DNA of 64,000 nucleotides, from positions 64,001 through 128,000 of the forward strand of contig CAWKKR010000011.1 of assembly GCA_963850305.1 (NCBI GenBank), in the 5' to 3' direction. Source of the stretch: an uncultured delta proteobacterium. Lineage in GTDB: Bacteria; Myxococcota_A; Polyangia; Polyangiales; Polyangiaceae. The notes beneath the pieces are model-generated. The model was not told the DNA's origin. It saw nothing but the letters and a program-made list of their open reading frames with translations, and made no database searches. Positions within the stretch are counted from its first letter, which is position 1; every line of letters begins with the position of its first letter. Positions 25,223 through 36,619 of this stretch are shown here, piece by piece. Made by a program: the position numbers and the translations under genes.

Positions 25223-25496
25223 GCGAGCCCGCCGAAGGCGGCGGGGGAGCGGTCGCGAAGCGAGCCGCGGGGGTCAAGACCCCCTTGCGAGCGCGAGCCC
25301 GCCGAAGGCGGCGGGGGAGCGGTCGCGAAGCGAGCCGCGGGGGTCAAGACCCCCTTGCGAGCGCGAGCCCGCCGAAGGCGGCGGGGGAGCGGTCGCGAAG
25401 CGAGCCGCGGGGGTCAAGACCCCCTTGCGAGCGCGAGCCCGCCGAAGGCGGCGGGGGAGCGGTCGCGAAGCGAGCCGCGGGGGTCAAGACCCCCTT
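25223..25496 (+). repeat. Tandem array of 4 x 70-bp REP-like GAA-hairpin units
   Basis: gccgaaggcg recurs at 25231, 25301, 25371 and 25441; units identical with no spacers. Confidence 0.97.
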
Positions 25497-25545
25497 TCCT
25501 AGTAGACTTCCTGGGCCGCTCGTGGGTTCTTCGGTGGGAGGTTCC

Positions 25546-26914
25546 GTGCCCGGAGGAGAAGTCCGTCTCCATTGCTCGACTGTGGGTCGCGCGCTGAGCC
25601 AGCGCGCGGTTCGATGGTGGGCAGGCTCGGCACTTTTGTGCCTGACGATGTTCCTGGCGGGGCCGGCGCGGGCGGATCCGGTCCCGACGCTCGAGGGACG
25701 ATGGTCGGCAACCCCACTCACCGTGCGCTGGATCATCGGAGAGTGGGGCCCTCCTTGCGGACCTCGACCGAGCGGAGGGGGCGAGGCCGGCGCGAGCGTC
25801 GTCGTCAGCCGCGCTGGAGCGGAGCTCCTCATCTCCGGCGGAGGACGCACGTACTCGACCGCACAATGCTGGGAGCAGTACCCGGGCATCGGGCGCGTGA
25901 GCCACTCGGCTTCGACCCGCGCTTGGAAGACGACGTGTCGGACGTCGACGGACGACCCACGGCAAGCGACGATCACCACGACGCTCACGGGAACGGACGA
26001 TTCGTTGTCCTTCTACGAGGCGGGGCAATACCAGTTCGTCATTCAAGGCCAGAACTGCACGGCCAGCGTCGGGCGCTACCGCACCTACTCGCTCGTCGAG
26101 CGCGCGGGAACACCTGAACCACCTCCGCCGCTCGCGGCGTCGACGCCGCCGGTCCAGCCGAAGGCTCCGCCCGTCGAAAAAGGCGCTGACTCGAGCCGGT
26201 GCGCGAGCCCCGGCCCCCCGGCGCGCCTCGAAGTGCGACCTGCGCGGAAGCTCATGCGAGCGGGTGACGATTTTCAGCTTCCGGGCGATCGTCTACGACG
26301 CCTCGGGGTGTCTCCTGTACGTGAAACCCGCGTGGGCAATCGACTCGGGCGCGGACCAGGTCGATCTGAATCCGAACGGCGACGCGCGAGTTCATCCCGA
26401 CGCGCCCGAAGGAGAAGTACGATTGACGGCCTCCGTCGGCGGGCGGTCCGCGCTCGTGACGATCGAGATCGCATCTTCTGCGCGCTACGACGCCCTGCTG
26501 AAGAGTGGTGCCTTCAACGCGGACGGCGAGGTGGACGAGGCGGCGTCGGTGGCAATTGCATCGCAGTCGATCGGTGCCGGCGACGCGGTCGCTGAAGACA
26601 CGGCGACCCGACGCAAGCACCTGTTCGTGGGGCTCGTCGTGATAATCGCGGCATTACTGGCCGCAGGCGCGGCACTGCTCTTCAGACAGGCGCGCGGCAA
26701 CGCCAGGACGAAGGCGGCCGAAGACGCGGCGCGGCGCGCAAGATTCTCTCCGCCCGAGCCACCGGCCGCGGTCCCTTTGGATCCCCCGGTCGAACCCGAG
26801 CCCGCCGCCCCACGGCCGAACCCGAAGACCATCTGCCCGATCTGCGGCAAACAATACGCGGCGGAAGCGCGTTTCTGCGGCTCCGATGGCGCGACCCTTC
26901 TGCCCTTGAATTGA
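25546..26914 (+). CDS. Exported/membrane protein with Ig-like domain, TM helix and C-terminal zinc ribbon (about 455 aa after correcting a +1 frameshift at 26271-26274)
   Basis: Signal-like 'ALLCLTMFLAGPARA'; frames join at the TTTT run; C-terminal CPICG..FCGSDG. Confidence 0.7.
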
Positions 26915-27007
26915 CGGCCCTGGCGGTGATGACCTCGATCGACTTACGTAGCCAGGGTTTTTAGAGTTGGGACCAGCTTTTCGCGCTACCCTCGGGCGCA
27001 CGCTGAC

Positions 27008-28918
27008 ATGATTGTCGACTGCCACTCCTGCGGCGCCACTTACAACATCTCCGACGATAAGGTCCGCGGCCGTCGTGTCCGGGTCCGCTGCAAGAGCTGC
27101 GGGGAGGGCATCATCGTCGATGGCGCGCAGCTGGCGGCCGAAGACGCGACGCGCGTCTACTCGCCGAACTTCGAGCCCGCGGCATATGGCGGGACCAGGG
27201 AAAACGACGAATCGACGCGGGTGATGTCCGCGCCGAGCGATCTGCACCGGCTGGCCCCAGACGCGGGCGACGAGTGGACGGTGAACCTGAGCGAAACGGA
27301 GCAGCGCACCATGAGCACCGAAGAGCTCGTGCGCGGATATCACGGCGGATCCATCGGGGACGACGCGTTCGTGTGGCGCGACGGCATGTCCGACTGGCTG
27401 CCGGTCCTGGACGTTCCCGAGTTGCGCTCGGCGGTGGAGGCGTCGGAAGCGACACGAGTCGTGAGTCCGGCGGCTGCGGTGCGCGCGCCGCTCGGCAGGG
27501 GCGGAACCGGCTCGCTCCCGGCACCGCCAATTCCACCGCCACCGGTCAAGGTGACGCCGCCCCCGCCCGCGCCGCAGGCCGTTGCCTACTCGGCACCCGC
27601 AGCGCCACCGCGCGCGGCCCAGTGGTCGCCGGCTGCCGAGGCTACCGTCGAATACGTCGCTGCTCGTCCGCCGCCCGCGCCTTCGGCATTCGCCCCCCAG
27701 GCGAGACCCGCCCCGGCCGCGCGCGCAGCACCGCCGGCTCGGGTTCGAGAGGGGCGTCAGCGCGGGCCGGATCTCTTCGGCGGCGGCAGGGACGCGGCCG
27801 GGGAGGACGCTCTGCTGAACAGCTCGTCGATGCCGCTCGCGCAGTACGAAGAAAAACCCATCGGAGCGAGAAACGAGAACTCGGTCCTGTTCTCGCTCGA
27901 CACCCTGAAGGCGGGAGCCAGACGCGGACCGTCGACCGTTCCACCTCGCTTTCCACAGGCTTCGGCCCCCACCGCAGCCGACATTTTGGGACTCAGTGCC
28001 GGGGGAGCGTTACCGGGCATGGACACCGGCGCCGCCCTCTTGAGCGCCCCCGCCGTCGAAGCGCCCGTGCCCGTTTTTGCACCCGAACCGCAGTCGAGAA
28101 GCCGTATGGACACGACGCCTCCGACGTCGCGCGGAAAGATTCCGCTGGTCGTCGTCGGGCTGGTTGTCCTCGGTGCGTGCGCGGTCGCAGGCGGTGCGTT
28201 CATGATGTTCGAGGCGCGGCAGCAGTCAGCTTCGCCGGCCGCGAGCGTGTCTCGAACGACCGCAACCACGGAACCGAATGCACTTCCGAGTGCCGCGGTT
28301 CCGCCCGCCCCCGTGGCGACTCAAGCGGCACCGGCGAGCCCCGTGGCGACGGTCCAGGCCGCGCCCGAACCCGCACGCGTCGCGCCCGAACCAGTGGAAG
28401 CACGCCCCGCACCCGTGGAGCCGGCGCCGGGCCGTCCGACGGCCCCGAGCGGCGCGAGAGACGAACGCTCGGCGGAGCAAGCGAAGATCGAGGCCATGAA
28501 AGAGGCCCTTCGAGCCAACGCTGGACCGAAGCCCGACAAGGCAGACACCACCGCGCCGCAAAAACTCGTCCTGGCGGAAGACAACTCGAGCCCGGGCACT
28601 GGCGGGAGCGACACACCGGCCGCGCCCCCGGACGAACCCCCGAAGCCCCCCTTCGACACGAGCGCCGCGAGAGCCGCCCTCGACGCCGCGGCGTCGAACG
28701 CCGCCTCTTGCAAGAAGGACGATGGCCCGACCGGTCGCGGCAAGGTGCAAATCACTTTCTCGCCGAGCGGTCGAGCGACGAGCGCGACCGTCGTGGAGGG
28801 GCCCTTTGGTGGAACGGCGACGGGAGGCTGTGTCGCCCGGACCTTCCGAGCCGCGCACGTCCCCGCGTTCAGCGGCGACGCGGTGACCGTTTCGAAGAGC
28901 TTCACGATCCCGGAGTGA
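27008..28918 (+). CDS. Zinc-ribbon + GYF_2 + TM + periplasmic TonB-C-like protein (GltJ/AgmX-like)
   Basis: CHSC..Y.I.D.K..VRVRCKSC; 'FVWRDGMSDWLP'; 'GARNENSVLFSL'; one TM; C-terminal 'ITFSPSG..GCV'. Confidence 0.85.
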   Translation: MIVDCHSCGATYNISDDKVRGRRVRVRCKSCGEGIIVDGAQLAAEDATRVYSPNFEPAAYGGTRENDESTRVMSAPSDLHRLAPDAGDEWTVNLSETEQRTMSTEELVRGYHGGSIGDDAFVWRDGMSDWLPVLDVPELRSAVEASEATRVVSPAAAVRAPLGRGGTGSLPAPPIPPPPVKVTPPPPAPQAVAYSAPAAPPRAAQWSPAAEATVEYVAARPPPAPSAFAPQARPAPAARAAPPARVREGRQRGPDLFGGGRDAAGEDALLNSSSMPLAQYEEKPIGARNENSVLFSLDTLKAGARRGPSTVPPRFPQASAPTAADILGLSAGGALPGMDTGAALLSAPAVEAPVPVFAPEPQSRSRMDTTPPTSRGKIPLVVVGLVVLGACAVAGGAFMMFEARQQSASPAASVSRTTATTEPNALPSAAVPPAPVATQAAPASPVATVQAAPEPARVAPEPVEARPAPVEPAPGRPTAPSGARDERSAEQAKIEAMKEALRANAGPKPDKADTTAPQKLVLAEDNSSPGTGGSDTPAAPPDEPPKPPFDTSAARAALDAAASNAASCKKDDGPTGRGKVQITFSPSGRATSATVVEGPFGGTATGGCVARTFRAAHVPAFSGDAVTVSKSFTIPE

Positions 28919-29095
28919 CCACAGCGGGCGCGTGTTCCGGCGATACCCGCGCGCTTACGGCCTCGTGCCGCAAAGATTGCCGCTCGGCACCGAAGCGTGG
29001 CGTCCCCGCGACGCAAGCACAGCGGGCCAGCAGCGGCTCTCGTCGCTGCACGGCCGCCGCACGCAATGGCCCGCGTCGTGCTTGGCCGATCGCCC

Positions 29096-30085
29096 ATGCA
29101 AGCAACATCGGTAGCAGAAACCAGGTCCACGGCGTCTCCCCTCGAGCGTGGACCCGCGTTCAGACCTTACGCGGAGGCGCTCCGCCATCTGAGCGTCGCG
29201 TCCGTGAAGAAGAACTTCGACGCTTACGCGGACATCGCCTGGGAGACGCCGAGCTTTTCCATCGACTCCACGGACGAGCGCTGGGCCTATCACAACGTCA
29301 CCGACGATCCGCTCGTGGAGACGGATTGGTACGCGACCCTCGACTCGGAAACGAGGTCCGCTCTCGGACTTCACGTGATGGCAAACTTCGCCAAGATCGG
29401 AATCGGGTTCGAATCGATTCTCCAGCGCGGGCTCATCGCGTACGCAGCCGAGCTCCCGAACGGCGCTCCTGAATTTCGGTACGCCTATCACGAGATCGTC
29501 GAGGAGGGTCAGCATAGCTTGATGTTCCAGGAGTTCGTCAATCGGTCACGGGTGGACGCCGCCGGCCTGCCGGGATGGTTCCGGCACGGGGCGCGGGCGG
29601 TCATCGAGCTTGCGACGCGATTTCCGGAGCTGTTCTTCATGTACGTTCTCGGCGGCGAAGAACCGATTGACTACGTGCAGCGACGCAGCCTTCGCGAAAA
29701 GGAACGATTGCCACCGTTGCTCCGGCGCATCTCGGAGATCCACGTCACGGAAGAGGCGCGGCACATTTCGTTCGCGCGGACGTACCTGCGGGAGCGCGTA
29801 CCGTCGCTCCCGGCCCATCGAAAACTGGCGCTGGCACTGACGACTCCCGCGTTGCTCGGCCAGATGACACCACTGATGATCCGTCCGTCCGAGGCCACGG
29901 TCCGAAGGTTCGCGATCCCCGAAGAAGCGTGGAGCGACGCCTACGACGACAACCCCGACTATTCGGCTAGACTGACGGCTGCGACGGACAAAATCCGCGT
30001 TCTCTGCGCGGAACTCGACCTCGTCCCGCGAGCCGCGCGCATTCTCTGGAAGCGCTTCGGCATGTGGCCGGCCGCGGATTGCTGA
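29096..30085 (+). CDS. AurF-like diiron oxygenase (ferritin-like)
   Basis: FESIL, EIVEEGQH, GEEPID, HVTEEARH iron ligands; start uncertain (29066 or 29096). Confidence 0.88.
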   Translation: MQATSVAETRSTASPLERGPAFRPYAEALRHLSVASVKKNFDAYADIAWETPSFSIDSTDERWAYHNVTDDPLVETDWYATLDSETRSALGLHVMANFAKIGIGFESILQRGLIAYAAELPNGAPEFRYAYHEIVEEGQHSLMFQEFVNRSRVDAAGLPGWFRHGARAVIELATRFPELFFMYVLGGEEPIDYVQRRSLREKERLPPLLRRISEIHVTEEARHISFARTYLRERVPSLPAHRKLALALTTPALLGQMTPLMIRPSEATVRRFAIPEEAWSDAYDDNPDYSARLTAATDKIRVLCAELDLVPRAARILWKRFGMWPAADC

Positions 30086-30099
30086 CGCGGTCCGAGCGG

Positions 30100-30615
30100 T
30101 CAGAAAGTCAGATCGGCGTTGATGCCCGGGGCGATGAACTTCAGCGCGCCGCCATCCCCTACACTGACGTGGTCGTAGGCGACGTGAGCGCCGATATTCA
30201 ACATCGGAAGGGCCGTGAAGTCGAGGGACAGGCCCGCGTCGTAGCTGAACCCCCAGTGATGACCGACGATCGGAAACACCGTATCGCCTTCGCCGACGTG
30301 CACGAACACGCCAGGGCGCAGCACTTCGCCGATTGAAAGACGACCACCGGCTTTGAGGTTGTAGAGCTTCACGCTATCGCCGAGGCCGTAATACGAGAAG
30401 CCGACCTCGGGGGTCAGGACGACGAGGGGCAAATGGAGCTCCTTTCCCACACGAATGCCGAAGCCCCATCCGCTCGACGGAGCGCCGGAGCCGACCGGGA
30501 ATGCGAGGTCCAGATCCCCGCCGATGTTTGCGCTCGCCAGCCTGGGCATCAAGAACACGCCCGCCGCGATGACGGATGCCGTGACGAGTGAACCGACCCT
30601 TTGATTCAAGTTCAT
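30100..30615 (-). CDS. Small outer-membrane beta-barrel protein
   Basis: Signal peptide, about 8 alternating strands, C-terminal Phe. Confidence 0.75.
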   Translation of the reverse strand: MNLNQRVGSLVTASVIAAGVFLMPRLASANIGGDLDLAFPVGSGAPSSGWGFGIRVGKELHLPLVVLTPEVGFSYYGLGDSVKLYNLKAGGRLSIGEVLRPGVFVHVGEGDTVFPIVGHHWGFSYDAGLSLDFTALPMLNIGAHVAYDHVSVGDGGALKFIAPGINADLTF

Positions 30616-30639
30616 TGGTTTCTTCTCTTTCGGCGGGGC

Positions 30640-30810
30640 TCATGCCGCGCCCCCTCGGCCGAGGCCGAGCAGCAGCACTATAGCCGCAACAATCAGGAAA
30701 CCAACGAATAGCATTTTCGTGAAACTCGCCGCCGCACCCGCATGCCCCCCGTATCCCAAAAATCCCGCGACTATTGCGATGGCGAAGAAAATCAACGACC
30801 AACGGAGCAT
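30640..30810 (-). CDS. DUF1328 (UPF0391) small membrane protein, not in the ORF track
   Basis: Hand translation MLRWSLIFFAIAIVAGFLGYGGHAGAAASFTKMLFVGFLIV..; RBS aggaggt. Confidence 0.88.
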   Translation of the reverse strand: MLRWSLIFFAIAIVAGFLGYGGHAGAAASFTKMLFVGFLIVAAIVLLLGLGRGGAA

Positions 30811-30901
30811 GCGGGCACCTCCTTTTGCGAAAACTGCGCGACGGCGCGTCGAGCTAGGACGAGCAAGGTCCGTGCCTCCTCGGCCACTTTCGAACCGAGA
30901 T

Positions 30902-33044
30902 TCAGGCGTTCCGCAGGCGTTCGGCGAGACGGGTTAGCCGGTCTTCGCGACGCGTCTCGGCCAGCGCGACCTTGATGGCTCGCGGGTCAGCGACCAGAAC
31001 ACAAAGCTTCTTCGCGCGCGTCACGGCAGTGTAAACCAGGTTCCGCGACAGCATGACGAAGTGGGCCGTGAGGATCGGCACGACGACCGCCGAATACTCG
31101 CTCCCCTGACTCTTGTGGATGCTGGTCGCGTACGCGAGGATCAAGAGATCCAGCTGGACGTCCTCGTATGGGACCTCGCGACCCTCGAAACGCACGATGA
31201 GCCGTTCTTCCTTCGGCTCGACCGCGGTTATGACGCCGAGATCGCCGTTGTACACCTCGCGCTCGTAGTCGTTTCTGGTCTGCATCACCTTGTCGCCGAC
31301 CCTGTAGGTGACGCCGCGGCGCACGAGGGACGGGCCCTCTGGATTCAACGCGACCTGCAGCGCGGCGTTCAGCGCTTGCGTGCCCGCCGGACCGCGGTGC
31401 ATCGGCGTGAGAACCTGCACGTCGTCCCGCGGATGCAGACCGAACCGGCGTGGGATTCGCTGACTGACGAGTTCGACCACGGTGCGAGCCGCTTCGTCCG
31501 CCTCCGTGCGCTGTACGATGAAAAAGTCGGCGTTCGGGTCGTCCGCGGCGGCGCTCTCCGGGGCGCGCCCGTGCAGCATGGCGTGAGCGTTCGATACGAT
31601 CCGGCTCGCGCTCGCTTGCCGGAAGATGCGCTCGAGCCGCACCGTCGGGACGGCGCCGCTGTCGATCACGTCGCGCAGCACCGCGCCCGGACCCACTGAC
31701 GGAAGCTGATCGACGTCGCCGACGATGACCAGACGCGCCGCTGACGAGAGCGCCACGAGGAGGGCGCGGGCGAGCTCGACGTCGACCATCGACGCTTCGT
31801 CGACGATCAGCGCGTCGGCGCCGAGGGGATGCTCGGCATCGCGCGTGAACTTCCGGAGGCGCGGATCGTAGTCGAGCAGCCGGTGAAGCGTGGACGCGGG
31901 CTTGCCCGTCGCTTCCGACATTCGCTTCGCGGCGCGTCCCGTGGGCGCCGCCAGGCGTACGTCGAGCCGCGCGCGTTCGAAGACGCTCAGGATCGCCCGC
32001 ACAATCGTGGTTTTTCCGACGCCGGGGCCGCCCGTCACCACGACGACCTTGTCCTTTGCCGCAGCCTCCACGGCGCGCCTCTGTTCGGGCGCGAGCTCGA
32101 CGGACACGGCCTTTTCGAACGCGCGGAGCGAAGCCTCGAGTCCGAAGAGCGGGCGCGCGGGGGACGAGAGCAACTGGCGCAACTCGTCCGCGACGGTCAC
32201 CTCGGCCGCGTGCAAGCGCGCCGGATACACGAGCTCGCCCTCGACGACGACACGTCCGGCGGCCCAGAGAGCATCGATGGCGGCCTCGACGTGCGCACCC
32301 TCGATTCTGTAGCATCGCCGCGGCTCTTTCGACGAGCGCGACGCACGGCGCGGCGAGGTGACCCCGTTCCGTGGCTTCGTCGAGAACGTGCAGCGTCCCG
32401 GCCTGCGCCCGCTCCGGATGGTCTCCCGCGATCCCGAGCGACCGGGCGATGCGGTCCGCGGTCTTGAACCCGACGCCGCGCACGTCGAGCGCGAGACGGT
32501 AAGGGTGCAGTTCTACGATCTGCGCAGCGCGGTCACCGTACCGGTCGTGAATGCGTGCGGCGAGCGACGGCGAAGCGCCATGCGTCTGAAGGACCAGCAT
32601 GACGTTGGAGATGGCGTGCTGCGACACCCAGCGCTTGCGGATCTCGTCCGCCCGCTTCGCGCCGAGACCCGGCACGCCGGCAAGCTTGGCCGGCGACTCG
32701 TCGAGCACCTTGAGAGTCTCGAGCCCGAACGTCTCGACGATGCGTTTGGCGAAGCCTGGGCCGATGCCGGGAATCGCACCCGACCCAAGATAGCGCTCGA
32801 GGCCCACGAGCGTGTCCGGCGCGACCGGCACCAATGTCTCGACGCGGAACTGCTCGCCGTGGCGCGGATCGTTCACGAAGTCCCCGGTGAGGCGAACGTG
32901 TGTTCCCGGACCGACCGCAGGGTATTTACCGACCGCGACGATGGAACCGCGACCTTTCACGGATCCGACGCGGATCACGCGAAAGCCGGTTTCTTCGCTC
33001 TCGTAGGTGACGCGCTCGACGTCGCCCGTCACGGTCGTGGCCAC
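30902..33044 (-). CDS. recD2: RecD2-like ATP-dependent DNA helicase (about 713 aa after correcting a +1 frameshift at about 32305)
   Basis: YLGSG.I.GIG, GVGFKTAD, GGPGVGKT, VDEASM, GDVDQLPSVG, YATSIHKSQGSE. Confidence 0.93.
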
Positions 33045-33131
33045 GCGGGGATTCTACCCGGAATGTCGAGCGCGCTTCTCGATAACCTGCGCTTGCCGAT
33101 CGCGAGCGGAAGGGCTACCCGTGGACCTCGC

Positions 33132-35701
33132 ATGCCGGCTTCTCACCGCCTTCACCAGCGCTGCGCGGGCGCGTCGGGCCCCTTCGTACTCGCGGGCACG
33201 ACCAGGAAATACGAGCGTTCCAGGCCTTTTTCGGTGAAGCACCTCGACCTCGACGTCGCGGTCGATCCAAAAGAAAAGACGATCTCCGCACGGGCGAAGG
33301 TCGAGTTCGTGCGGCGCGCGCCGGCCGCGAAGGAACTCGAGCTCGACGCGGTGGGCTTCGAGCTGTCGCGCGTGCGGCTCGACGTGGGAAAAGGGTTTCA
33401 GCCCGTCGAATACACCTACGACGGTGACACGCTCACGACGCCGGTCCCGAAGAGCGCGAAAGGCGGGCGCCTCGAGATCGTCTATCGCGCAAAACCCAAG
33501 CGCGGACTCTATTTCTCGCGCCGGACAGCGCCGTGAAGGATCGGCCGGTCCAGGTCTGGAGTCAGTGCCAGGACGAAGACGCGCGTCACTGGTTCCCGTG
33601 CCACGACAAGCCGCACGTGAAGATGACGACCAAGATCACCGTGCGCACGCCGCCTGGCTTCACGGCGATCTCGAACGGCGATCTCATTTCGAAGGAGACC
33701 CCGCGTGGCAAGAAGCCGTGGGTGCACTCGTTCGAGATGAAAGATCCTCTCCCGAGCTACCTGGTGACGCTGGTCGTCGGACACTTCGACGTCGTGGAAG
33801 ACCGCGCCGCCGTTCGGACGGGTCGCCCGAGCGTGCCCGTCAGCTATTACGTGCCCAAGGGACGGGCCGCGGACGCGAAGCGGTCGTTCGGTGAAACACC
33901 GCGCATGATCGAGCTCTTCGGACGGCTCACCGGGACGCCGTTTCCGTGGAGCCGCTACTCGCAGATCGTCGTGAGCGACTTCATCTTCGGCGGCATGGAG
34001 AACACGACGGCGACGACGATGTACGAGCACGTCCTCCTGGACGAGCGCGCCGCTCTCGACGTCACGAGCAACGATCTCGTGGCGCACGAGCTGGCGCACC
34101 ACTGGTTCGGGGATTTCGTCACGTGCCGGGACTGGTCGCACGCCTGGCTGAACGAGGGCTTCGCGACGTACTTCGAGCACCTGGAACGAGAAGACCGTCT
34201 CGGTCTGGACGAGTACGAGCACGGCGTCGCCGGAGACGTGAACGCGTATCTCGGCGAGGCCGGTGGTCGCTATCAGCGCGCGATCGTCTGCCGCGACTAC
34301 GAGGAGCCCATCGATCTCTTCGATCGCCACCTCTACGAGAAGGGCGCGCTCGTCCTCCATTTGCTACGCCGCGAGCTCGGGGACGACTTGTTCTGGAAGG
34401 GCATCGCCCTTTATCTCGGTCGCCACGGAGGCGGCATCGTCGAGACCAGCGACCTGACGCGCGCCTTCGAAGAAGTGAGCGGGCGCTCGCTGGAGCAATT
34501 CTTCGACAGCTGGGTGTATCGCCCCGGACACCCCATCTTGAAGGTGCAGGTGAGCTGGGAGCATGGGCACGTGAACGTCCGGGTTCGGCAATCGCAAAAG
34601 AGCGGCGACGTGCCCCTCTTCGCGTTCCCAATGGAAGTGGAAGTGGGGACGAAGTCCGGCAAGGTACACCGCCACCAGAAGTCGATGGATGCCGAGAGCG
34701 ACGCGCTCGTCGTGTCGTCGCCGGAGCGGCCGCTCTGGGTCGCGTTCGATCCCGCATTCCGCGTGGTCGGCGCGATCACGGTCGAGGCACCGGCCGATAT
34801 GCTTCGGCATCAACTCGCTCGCGCGTCCACCGCACGCCTCAGAGCCGCCGCTGCCACCGCGCTAGACAAGCGCACGGATCCGGAGACCGTCACCGCGCTC
34901 GGCATTGCGCTCGCGAAGAAGTCCGAGGCATGGATGGTCCGCGCCGAGGCTGCGCGCGTCCTCGGCAAGATCCGCGGACCCGACGCCTTCGCGAGCCTCG
35001 CCGCGGAAGTCGAGACACCACATCCGAAAGTTCGCCGCGCGGTCGCCTCGGCGCTGGGCGAGTTCCGCACGGACGAAGCCGCAGCGCTCCTGTCGCGCGT
35101 CGCGACGCAGGACGACAGCTATCTCGTCGGCGCCGAAGCGGCGCGTTCCCTCGGTGAAACACGGAGACCACACGCGCTCGACGCCCTCGTCACGGTTCTG
35201 GGGTCGGGCTCCTGGTCCGACGTGAAGCGCGCCGCTGCGCTCGATGGCCTCGCTGCACTCCGCGTCGACGAAGCCGTCCCTCACGTGCTCGAGCGCACGA
35301 AGTACGGCCACTCGAGCCAGACGCGCCGCGCGGCAGTCGTCGCCCTGGCCCGCCTCTCGGACGAGCGCAAGGTGCGCGAGCATCTGGAGTCCTTGCTCGA
35401 GGACGACGATCCTCACTTCCGCATCTCGGTCGTTCGCGCGCTCGAGACCATCGGCGATCCTCGGACCCGCAGCGCGTTCCGGAAAGCCCTCGACCGGGAA
35501 CCCGACGGTCGCGTGGCGCGGCGGATCCGCGAGGCGCTGCGTGCCTTCGGCCAGAGTCCGACCGCGGAACAGAAGAAGACGACGGATGAGCTCGAACAGC
35601 TCCGGCGGGATCTCTCCGACATGAAGACGCGACTCTCGAAGCTCGAGAGCAACCGGAAGCCACGGAAGAAGCGTTCCACCTCGCGAAGTAAGCCCTCATG
35701 A
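33132..35701 (+). CDS. M1 family aminopeptidase with C-terminal HEAT repeats and coiled coil (about 856 aa after correcting a -1 frameshift at about 33515)
   Basis: ARHWFPC, GGMEN, HELAHHWFG, WLNEGFA, YEKG. Confidence 0.93.
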
Positions 35702-36486
35702 GCGACGACGCGCCCGTTCGACTCGATCGCCGCGACAGCGTGGCGATTCTAGTCCTGGACCGCCCGGACCGGATGAACGCGATCAGTCGCAAGATGGTGA
35801 CCGAGCTCGGCCGCCTCGGTCGCGAGCTCGCCTCGGACTCGAGCGTGCGCGCCCTGATCCTGACCGGCGCCGGCAATCAGGCGTTCTGTGCTGGTGCGGA
35901 TTTGAAAGAGCGCGCCCGCATGTCGGACGACGACGTGCGCGACCAGCTCCGTCTCTACCGCTCCGAGTTCGCGTGGCTCGAACCCTTTCCGGCGCCCGTC
36001 ATCGCCTCGATCAACGGCGTGGCGCTCGGCGGAGGTCTCGAGCTATCGATGCTCTGCGATCTTCGCGTGGCCGCCGAGCACGCGATCCTGGGCCTGCCGG
36101 AGACGTCCCTGGGCATCATTCCGGGCGCGGGCGGCACCCAGCGGCTCCCGCGACTCGTCGGTGAAGCGCGCGCGAAGGAACTGATCCTGCTCGGACGTCG
36201 CATCAGCGCCGCCCACGCCCTCGCGATCGGTCTGGTGAACCGCGTGTGTCGACCGGGCGCCAACGTCCTGGACGACACGCTCGAATGGATCCGGCCCATC
36301 GTGGACGGCGCGCCCATCGCCCAGCGCGCCGCGCTCGACGCCATCGACGAGGCAGGCCGGCTCTCGCTCCCGGAAGGGCTGACGCGCGAGGCCGAGCTCT
36401 ACGAACACTGTCTCGCGAGCGAAGATCGCCGCGAGGCCCTCGTGGCGTTCGCGGAGAAGCGCAAGCCGGCGTTCAAGGGTCGCTGA
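35698..36486 (+). CDS. Enoyl-CoA hydratase family (methylglutaconyl-CoA hydratase-like)
   Basis: AFCAGADLKE, ALGGGLE, PETSLGIIPGAGGTQRL. Confidence 0.93.
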   Translation: MSDDAPVRLDRRDSVAILVLDRPDRMNAISRKMVTELGRLGRELASDSSVRALILTGAGNQAFCAGADLKERARMSDDDVRDQLRLYRSEFAWLEPFPAPVIASINGVALGGGLELSMLCDLRVAAEHAILGLPETSLGIIPGAGGTQRLPRLVGEARAKELILLGRRISAAHALAIGLVNRVCRPGANVLDDTLEWIRPIVDGAPIAQRAALDAIDEAGRLSLPEGLTREAELYEHCLASEDRREALVAFAEKRKPAFKGR

Positions 36487-36619
36487 CGATGTTCGGGGGG
36501 ACGTCGCTCGTTCGGCGGGTTCGACGACGAACCCCCGAAAGGGTAGATTCAGCGTCGATGCACGCCTCGACAGCCCGCGTGAAGATCGGTCCAGCCGCGC
36601 GCAGCTTGTTCCTGGACGA

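Noticed and set aside
25223..25496. CRISPR array, or a coding repeat within ORF 24904-26595
   Set aside because: Units are identical with no spacers; the 70-bp period is not a multiple of 3; the real CDS probably starts near 25546
30902..35701. recD2 and the M1 peptidase as pseudogenes
   Set aside because: Each has a single indel with all motifs intact; the pattern fits sequencing error
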